Positions 50,812 through 56,445 of a stretch of DNA of 56,445 nucleotides are shown here, one piece after another. The translations under genes were made by a program, and so were the position numbers. This DNA is from Acidobacteriota bacterium (GTDB taxonomy: Bacteria > Acidobacteriota > Thermoanaerobaculia > UBA5066 > Gp7-AA6). The notes below the pieces were generated by a model. That model did no database searches and was not told the DNA's origin. It saw nothing but the letters and a program-made list of their open reading frames with translations. Where the stretch lies: contig JBBQKV010000001.1 of assembly GCA_038327245.1 (NCBI GenBank), positions 1 through 56,445 on the forward strand. Direction: 5' to 3'. Every line of letters begins with the position of its first letter. The first letter of the stretch is position 1.

Positions 50812-51963
50812 GTGTTCTCGTTCTTCGCGCACCTCGTCTGCACGAAGTGCGGAAGCGTCTTCGAGCGCGATAGCCGGTTCGGAGTCTGCCCCGCAGCGAA
50901 TTGCGGTGCGCCACTTTTCGCGCAGTATCACGATCGGCCGCTCGATCGCGAAGCGGCGGTGGATCGTCCGCGGACGATCTGGCGGTGGCACGAAATGATG
51001 CCGGTCGAGGAACCGGACAACGTCGTGACGCTCGGCGAGGGAGGGACGCCGCTCCTCCGAGCGGATCGCCTCGGCGCAACTGCGGATTTCTCCGACCTCT
51101 GGATCAAGGACGAGTCCGGGAATCCCACGGGGTCGTTCAAAGCCCGCGGGCTGTCCGCCGCCGTCTCGAAGGCAAAGGAGCTCGGTTTCCGGCGCATCGC
51201 CGTCCCCTCCGCGGGGAATGCCGGCGGAGCAGCGGCGGCGTACGCCGCGCGCGCGGCGATCGGGTGCGACGTCTTCCTGCCCGCGGACACGCCCGGACTC
51301 TTTCGGGTCGAGTGCGAGCGGTACGGCGCGCAGGTGACGCTCGTCGACGGCTTGATCGACGCGTGCGGAAAGCTCGTGGCGGAGGGGGCTGCGGAGGGAA
51401 AGTGGCACGACGTCTCGACGCTCAGGGAGCCCTACCGCGTCGAGGGCAAGAAGACTCTCGGATACGAGCTGGCGGAGGATTTCGACTGGGAGCTGCCGGA
51501 CGCCGTCGTGTATCCGACGGGTGGCGGCACCGGGTTGATCGGGATGTGGAAGGCGTTCGACGAAATGCAGCGGCTCGGCTGGATCGGAGCGAAACGCCCG
51601 CGGATGATCGCGGTCCAGGCGGCGGGATGCGCGCCGGTTCCGAAGGCGTTTGCGGAAGGCAAAGCCGTCGCGGAAAAGTGGGAGAACGCGGAGACCTATG
51701 CCTCGGGGCTGCGGGTCCCCAAGCCGTTCGCCGACTTCCTCATCCTGGCGATCCTCCGGGAGTCCGGCGGCGACGCCGTGGCCGTAACCGACGACGAGAT
51801 GCGCGCGGCGGAGAACGAGATCGGCGAGTCCGAGGGGATGTTCGTGTGTCCGGAGGGCGCCGCCACCTGGGCCGCGGCGAAGAATCTTGCGGCGAGTGGC
51901 CGCCTCGACCCTCGTTCCCGGGTCGTCCTGTTCAATACCGGAACGGGCTTCAAGTACCAGTAG
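50812..51963 (+). CDS. thrC: Threonine synthase-like PLP enzyme
   Basis: GTG start. N-terminal Cys ribbon CTKCG...CPAANCG. PLP-lysine motif GSFKARG. Also AGNAGGA and PTGGGTGLIG. Confidence 0.75.
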   Translation: MFSFFAHLVCTKCGSVFERDSRFGVCPAANCGAPLFAQYHDRPLDREAAVDRPRTIWRWHEMMPVEEPDNVVTLGEGGTPLLRADRLGATADFSDLWIKDESGNPTGSFKARGLSAAVSKAKELGFRRIAVPSAGNAGGAAAAYAARAAIGCDVFLPADTPGLFRVECERYGAQVTLVDGLIDACGKLVAEGAAEGKWHDVSTLREPYRVEGKKTLGYELAEDFDWELPDAVVYPTGGGTGLIGMWKAFDEMQRLGWIGAKRPRMIAVQAAGCAPVPKAFAEGKAVAEKWENAETYASGLRVPKPFADFLILAILRESGGDAVAVTDDEMRAAENEIGESEGMFVCPEGAATWAAAKNLAASGRLDPRSRVVLFNTGTGFKYQ

Positions 51964-51976
51964 AATCGCGGATTCC

Positions 51977-54574
51977 ATGAGATTCGCCTCGCTGCGGCCC
52001 CGACTGGACCCCATCCTCCCGACGGTGGAGAAGCCGGGGCGCTACGTCGGCCTGGAGCGCAACGTGATCCGCAAGGACCTGGCCTCGTCCGCCGTGACCG
52101 TCGCCCTCGCCTTCCCCGACACCTACGAGATCGGGATGAGCCACACCGGCCTGAAGATCCTGTACGAGATCGTCAACCGCCGCCCGGAGTTCGCCTGCGA
52201 GCGGACGTACGCCCCGTGGGTGGACCTCGAGCGCCGGATGCGCGAGGAGAGCATTCCCCTCTTCACCGTGGAGTCGTTCGCGCCGGTCGCCGACTTCGAC
52301 GTCGTGGGGTTCTCCCTCCAGTCGGAGTTGAACTACTCCAACATTCCGAACATGCTCGACCTCTCGGGCATCCCCGTCTGGCAGCGCGAGCGCGGCGACT
52401 CCCATCCGATCGTCCTGGGGGGCGGACCCTGCACGGCGAACCCCGAGCCGGTCGCCGACTTCTTCGACGCGTTTCTCGTGGGAGACGCGGAGGAGGCGCT
52501 CCCGCGCTTTCTCGACGTGCTGCGCGACGCGCGCGGCGCCGGCCTTCCCCGCCGGGACGTCCTCGCGCTCCTCGCCGCTCTCGACGGTATCTACGTCCCG
52601 TCCTTCTACGACGTGTCTTACGCGGAGGACGGGCGCATCGCCGCCATCACCCGCAACGACCCGCGCGCCCCGGAGCGGGCGCGCCGCACCTGGGTGCCGG
52701 TCCTGAAGCCGGAGTACTACCCCGACAAGCCGATGGTCCCTTCGGTCGAGATCGTCCAGGACCGCCTGGGCCTCGAGGTCATGCGGGGGTGCACGCAGGG
52801 TTGCCGCTTCTGCCAGGCCGGGTACTGGTATCGCCCGGTGCGCGAGCTCGACCCCGACGACGTCGTGTCGATGACGAAGACCTTCATCGCGGAGTCGGGC
52901 TGGAGCGAGGTCGGCCTCCTCTCGCTCTCGACCGCGGACTACTCCCAGATCGAGCCGCTCGTCCGGTGTCTCGCGCCGCAGCTTTCCGACCGGCGCGTGT
53001 CCATCTCGCTCCCGTCCCTGCGCGCCGAGGCGTTTTCCGTGGGCCTCGCGGACGCCGTCTCCGAGGTGAGGAAGTCGGGGTTCACGTTCGCGCCGGAAAC
53101 CGGCTCCGACCGGCTGCGGCGCGTCATCAACAAGACGTTCACCAACGCCGACATGATCCAGGCGGCCGACGTCGCATTCGGGAAGGGCTGGGACCTGATC
53201 AAGGTCTACACGATGATCGGCCTGCCGACGGAAACCAAGGAAGACCTGGACGAGCTGGTCACGCTCGTCGAGGGAATCCTGGCCGAAGGTCGCAGGCACG
53301 GCCGCAAGGAGGTCAACGTCTCGGTCGGACCGTTCGTCCCGAAGTCCTGGACGCCTTTCCAGTGGGCGCCGTTCGACGGCGTGGAGCTTCTCGAGAAGAA
53401 GCTCGCCTACCTGAAGGATCGCTTCCGGCGCGTCCGCGGAGCGAAGATGAAGTGGCACGAGCCGCGCGAGGCCGAGATCGAGTGCGTGCTTTCGCGCGGC
53501 GACCGCCGCGTGTCGAAGATCCTCCACGCGGCATGGCTGTCCGGCGTGAAGTTCGACGGGTGGAGCGAGCACTTCCGTTACGACCTGTGGAACCGCGCGT
53601 TCGAATCGGAGGGAATCCCGAAGTCCGCGTACCTGCGCGACTACGACCTCGACGAGATCCTGCCCTGGGACGTCCTCGACGTCTCCATCACGAAGCGCTT
53701 CCTGAAGGTGGAGCTCGTGAAGGCAAAGAAGGAGATGCGCACCGAGGACTGCAAGTGGGGGCACTGCTACGCGTGCGGCGTCCCGGGTAACGGTAAAGAT
53801 ACCGTCCTCGCGGCGTCCTTCGAAGGAACGCTGCCGACCCTCGATCCCGCCGTATCCGCCGCCGACGACCCCGCCGCCTACCGCGACGTCGCCAAGGGCG
53901 CGGCCTACCGCCAGAAGCCGATGCCCGACCTGCCCTCGGCGGCGCGGCGCTCCGCGACTCCGGTGCGCGAGGTCTTCCGCCACCGTGTGACGTTCGAGAA
54001 GTCGGGCGACGCCCGATTTCTGTCCCACCGCAACACGATGGACGTGCTGGAGCGCGCCATCCGGGCCGCGGGACTCCCCGCGCGCTATTCCGAAGGCTTC
54101 AACCCGCACATGAAGCTGTCGATGGGCCCGGCGCTCCCGCTCGGACTCGAGAGCCGGCACGAAGTTTTCGACGTCGAAGGCACCGACCGGTTTGCGCCTG
54201 AGGCCGCGGGGGCGATCTCCGCGAAGCTGCCGCCGGGTCTCTCGGTCTCCGACGTGCGGCCTCTCGAGCCTCAGGAACCCGCGCTCTCCCGGGCGGTCAA
54301 GTCGGCGAGGTACGTCGTCCGGCTCGTCTCCGCGGAGCAGGTCGGCCGCGCGAAGGAAGCCATCTCGAACGGCTGGCGCGACGCGGTGCCCGCGCTGCGC
54401 GCGCTGGCGCTCGAGGCCGACGAGAGCGGTGACCGGCTGACCTTCGAGGTGAACCTCGACCAGTCCGCGGGCGAGACGTCGACCCCGAAGAAGGTGCTCG
54501 AGAAGCTCCTGGCGATTGCGCCGGAGGCGCAGGCGTCCCTGTCCGTCACGCGCGAGGCGACGGTCCTCGGCTGA
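51977..54574 (+). CDS. B12-binding-domain radical SAM protein fused to a DUF2344-like C-terminal domain
   Basis: ATG 51977 (MRFASLRPRLDPILPTVEKPGRYVGLE). Cluster motif CTQGCRFCQAGYWYRP. The C-terminal 220 aa, FRHRVTFEKSGDARFLSHRNTMDVLERAIRAAGLP...GFNPHMKLS, look DUF2344-like. Confidence 0.85.
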   Translation: MRFASLRPRLDPILPTVEKPGRYVGLERNVIRKDLASSAVTVALAFPDTYEIGMSHTGLKILYEIVNRRPEFACERTYAPWVDLERRMREESIPLFTVESFAPVADFDVVGFSLQSELNYSNIPNMLDLSGIPVWQRERGDSHPIVLGGGPCTANPEPVADFFDAFLVGDAEEALPRFLDVLRDARGAGLPRRDVLALLAALDGIYVPSFYDVSYAEDGRIAAITRNDPRAPERARRTWVPVLKPEYYPDKPMVPSVEIVQDRLGLEVMRGCTQGCRFCQAGYWYRPVRELDPDDVVSMTKTFIAESGWSEVGLLSLSTADYSQIEPLVRCLAPQLSDRRVSISLPSLRAEAFSVGLADAVSEVRKSGFTFAPETGSDRLRRVINKTFTNADMIQAADVAFGKGWDLIKVYTMIGLPTETKEDLDELVTLVEGILAEGRRHGRKEVNVSVGPFVPKSWTPFQWAPFDGVELLEKKLAYLKDRFRRVRGAKMKWHEPREAEIECVLSRGDRRVSKILHAAWLSGVKFDGWSEHFRYDLWNRAFESEGIPKSAYLRDYDLDEILPWDVLDVSITKRFLKVELVKAKKEMRTEDCKWGHCYACGVPGNGKDTVLAASFEGTLPTLDPAVSAADDPAAYRDVAKGAAYRQKPMPDLPSAARRSATPVREVFRHRVTFEKSGDARFLSHRNTMDVLERAIRAAGLPARYSEGFNPHMKLSMGPALPLGLESRHEVFDVEGTDRFAPEAAGAISAKLPPGLSVSDVRPLEPQEPALSRAVKSARYVVRLVSAEQVGRAKEAISNGWRDAVPALRALALEADESGDRLTFEVNLDQSAGETSTPKKVLEKLLAIAPEAQASLSVTREATVLG

Positions 54575-54609
54575 GTGCGCAAAGCGCTCGACTACAATCA
54601 GCGTTGCAA

Positions 54610-54846
54610 ATGACGGACGCCGACGCCAGAGCCCTCGAACGCTACACGATCGTCATCCGACCCGATGACAACGGGACATTCGTGGCTTATCTACCAGCGA
54701 TCGCGGGATGCCACGCCGTCGGACGAACTCCGGCCGAGGCTCAAACCGAGCTCGCAAACGTCTTCAGCATGGTTGCAGAAGAATATGCGGTAGAGGGACG
54801 CGCCCTTCCTCCGGACGTTCCCGTTCTGACCGCCAATGCCGGCTAG
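54610..54846 (+). CDS. hicB: HicB-family antitoxin
   Basis: YTIVIRPDDNGTFVAYLPAIAGCHAVGRTPAEAQTEL is the typical HicB N-terminal fold. A TACAAT -10-like box sits at 54593-54598. Confidence 0.75.
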   Translation: MTDADARALERYTIVIRPDDNGTFVAYLPAIAGCHAVGRTPAEAQTELANVFSMVAEEYAVEGRALPPDVPVLTANAG

Positions 54847-55048
54847 AGCCGGCGATCTGGAGCGCGTCGCGAAGAAACTCGGTTTCGTAAAGGCTCGCCA
54901 GAAGGGAAGCCACGCACGCTGGAAACATCCAGACGGACGGGCGACGACGATTCCAACCCATGGTTCCATGGAGATCGGCGGCTGGCTGTTTCACGAGATT
55001 CTTGCTCAGCTCGCGATCTCCGAAGAACAGTTTCGAGAAATTCTCTAA
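54836..55048 (+). CDS. hicA: HicA-family mRNA interferase toxin
   Basis: LERVAKKLGFVKARQKGSHARWKHPDGRATTIPTHG is the canonical HicA pattern with a GSH motif. Overlaps hicB by 11 nt. Confidence 0.8.
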   Translation: MPARAGDLERVAKKLGFVKARQKGSHARWKHPDGRATTIPTHGSMEIGGWLFHEILAQLAISEEQFREIL

Positions 55049-55062
55049 CGAAACGCCCCGGG

Positions 55063-55440
55063 ATGCCCTACCGCGTTACCGTCACCGCGCGCTTCGAGGC
55101 CGCGCACAACCTGATCGAAACGGAAGAGGGCGCGGAGCCGCTGCACGGTCACTCCTACGAGGTCGAGGCGGCCCTGGAGTCCGACAAGCTCCAGCAGTTC
55201 GACCTTGCGATCGACTTCGCGCAGGCGAAGAAGGCGCTCGACGCGATCGCGAAAGAGCTCGACTACTCCTACATCAATCACCACCCCGAGTTCGTGGGCC
55301 GCAACACGTCGGCCGAGAACATCGCCCGCTGGTTCGCCGAGAAGCTCGACTCCTCCGGCGCGCTCGGCTGGACGCGGGTCGCGGAAGTGACCGTCCGGGA
55401 GGGTCCGGAGAACCGCGCGAGGTACGTCCCGAAAGGTTGA
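55063..55440 (+). CDS. queD: 6-carboxy-tetrahydropterin synthase (QueD/PTPS family)
   Basis: 125 aa: MPYRVTVTARFEAAHNL...LHGHSYEVE...DYSYINH. Confidence 0.85.
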   Translation: MPYRVTVTARFEAAHNLIETEEGAEPLHGHSYEVEAALESDKLQQFDLAIDFAQAKKALDAIAKELDYSYINHHPEFVGRNTSAENIARWFAEKLDSSGALGWTRVAEVTVREGPENRARYVPKG

Positions 55441-55472
55441 CCCTCCGGCCCGGACACGGGCCCCGGTCCGGT

Positions 55473-55497
55473 GCGTTACAGAAGGTAACGCTTTTAT
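55473..55497 (+). terminator. Rho-independent terminator after queD
   Basis: gcgttac-agaag-gtaacgc followed by TTTTAT. Confidence 0.7.
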
Positions 55498-55577
55498 GCT
55501 CGGCAACATCGGTGAGATCGGTCACAAAATTCACAAAACCCCTTGTTTGTGAGACACTTGAACAAATCGAGGCCGGT

Positions 55578-55593
55578 CGGCACACGATTCGCT
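55578..55593 (+). promoter_or_regulatory. Candidate sigma-54 (-24/-12) promoter upstream of the pseudopilin gene
   Basis: tcGGCACacgatTCGCta compared with consensus TGGCAC-N5-TTGC. GG and GC have the correct spacing. About 100 nt upstream of ATG 55692. Confidence 0.3.
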
Positions 55594-55691
55594 ATGACAG
55601 GTAGTCGGCGGACCAGATCACGCATAAACCTTTCTCCGGAAAAGCATTCATCGGGATCGGTGACGGCTGGAACGGAACATCGGGCGGACGG

Positions 55692-56423
55692 ATGAAAGCA
55701 GCAAAAGTGACGATTCGAGAAGGGAGAGGCCGGCCGGAGCGCGGCTTCTCGCTGCTCGAAATCCTGATCGTCGTAGCCATCATGGGCCTGCTCTCCCTGC
55801 TGGCGGTCCCCCTCGCCGGAAAGATCATCCGGCGGACCCAGGACCTGGGCGGTTACTCCGCGATCCGGCAGGCCCTCGCGTCCGCGCGCGTTCAGGCCGT
55901 CAAGCGGCAGGCGAACGTGGTCGTCGTCGCCAGCATCACGACCGACTCGAAGAGAATCCGCCTGCTGACGTTCCAGGACCGGGCGAACAACGCGGCGAAT
56001 CCGCTTCCCGCCGACGAGCAGACCGCGGCCGGCAATTTCCAGCAGGACACGGGCTTTCTCGGGGGCGCGACCCACAATGAGCCGACGCTCGCCGACATCA
56101 TCCTGCCCGCGTCGGTCCGCCTGTGGAAGAGCGGCGGGACCAAGGACGACCTGACCGACGGCATCTCGTTCGACCGGTACAACGGCAATTCCTCCCTGGT
56201 CGACCGGATCGCTTTCGTTCCGAGCGGAGGAATCGCCCCGCCCGAAGACACCGGAAATTCCGCGCTGCCGACGACCTCCGGCGGCCGGGGAATCTACTTC
56301 GCCGACGTTTACGGCAAGAACTACTTCCGGGTGACGGTCGACAGCGACCTCTCCGGCCACCTCCGGGTGGACAAGCTCGTCGAGGGCACCGGCTATACCC
56401 CGACGGGATGGGTCTGGAGGTGA
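55692..56423 (+). CDS. Type IV pilin-like / type II secretion pseudopilin (GspH/FimT-like)
   Basis: Prepilin motif RGFSLLEILIVVAIMGLLSLLAV after a 17-aa leader. A further ORF (ATG 56427, MSGRRN...) runs off the window. Confidence 0.8.
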   Translation: MKAAKVTIREGRGRPERGFSLLEILIVVAIMGLLSLLAVPLAGKIIRRTQDLGGYSAIRQALASARVQAVKRQANVVVVASITTDSKRIRLLTFQDRANNAANPLPADEQTAAGNFQQDTGFLGGATHNEPTLADIILPASVRLWKSGGTKDDLTDGISFDRYNGNSSLVDRIAFVPSGGIAPPEDTGNSALPTTSGGRGIYFADVYGKNYFRVTVDSDLSGHLRVDKLVEGTGYTPTGWVWR

Positions 56424-56445
56424 CGATGTCCGGCCGCCGCAACCA

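Noticed and set aside
51950-54160. 736-aa minus-strand ORF
   Set aside because: It is antisense to the radical SAM gene, which has the clear CxxxCxxC and DUF2344-like motifs.
1-56445. Search by eye for tRNA, rRNA, tmRNA, RNase P, riboswitches, IS elements and prophage genes
   Set aside because: The intergenic gaps are short (at most about 250 nt) and none shows a cloverleaf-like or known riboswitch sequence I can recognise. No transposase, integrase or phage structural motifs appear in any ORF. Absence is by inspection only; tRNAscan and Infernal would be decisive.

Overview
A 56.4-kb, visibly GC-rich (roughly two-thirds G+C by eye) bacterial chromosomal segment. It is densely coding: about 55 CDS, mostly on the minus strand in the first 31 kb. 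I recognised no rRNA, tRNA, CRISPR array, transposase or phage genes. The gene content (Hanks kinase-TPR, RRM protein, DUF4331 x2, DUF885, many secreted peptidases and lipoproteins) and a REP-like 'gtcatcctgagc...ggatctc' element feel Acidobacteriota-like, but that is inference only. Many starts in the ORF track are too far upstream because GC-rich DNA gives long shadow ORFs; I re-set them using signal peptides, RBS and stop/start overlaps. Best candidates for something undescribed: (1) A five-gene, translationally coupled minus-strand operon (17698-22544). It links a Ras-like GTPase (Gln61-equivalent is Glu) to a single-pass membrane protein with a Roadblock-like cytoplasmic half and an OmpA-like peptidoglycan-binding half, plus a coiled-coil protein, a small unknown protein and a secreted amidohydrolase. 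(2) A dispersed, length-variable GGGACAC heptamer minisatellite, a textbook G3N4 G-quadruplex motif, at four loci. One copy sits in frame inside the housekeeping rlmN gene. (3) A 25-nt GTGGCAAGTGGAGACCTGACCCC repeat family at two loci, one forming a long composite palindrome. (4) A 4-hydroxybenzoyl-CoA-reductase-type molybdenum enzyme whose FAD subunit carries the diagnostic 4-Cys [4Fe-4S] insert. (5) An FHA-GAF / Hanks kinase / sensor-less histidine kinase / NarL cassette. (6) An opu-like ABC ATPase with no canonical start codon upstream of its Walker A motif. All family names come from motifs read by eye; no searches were run.
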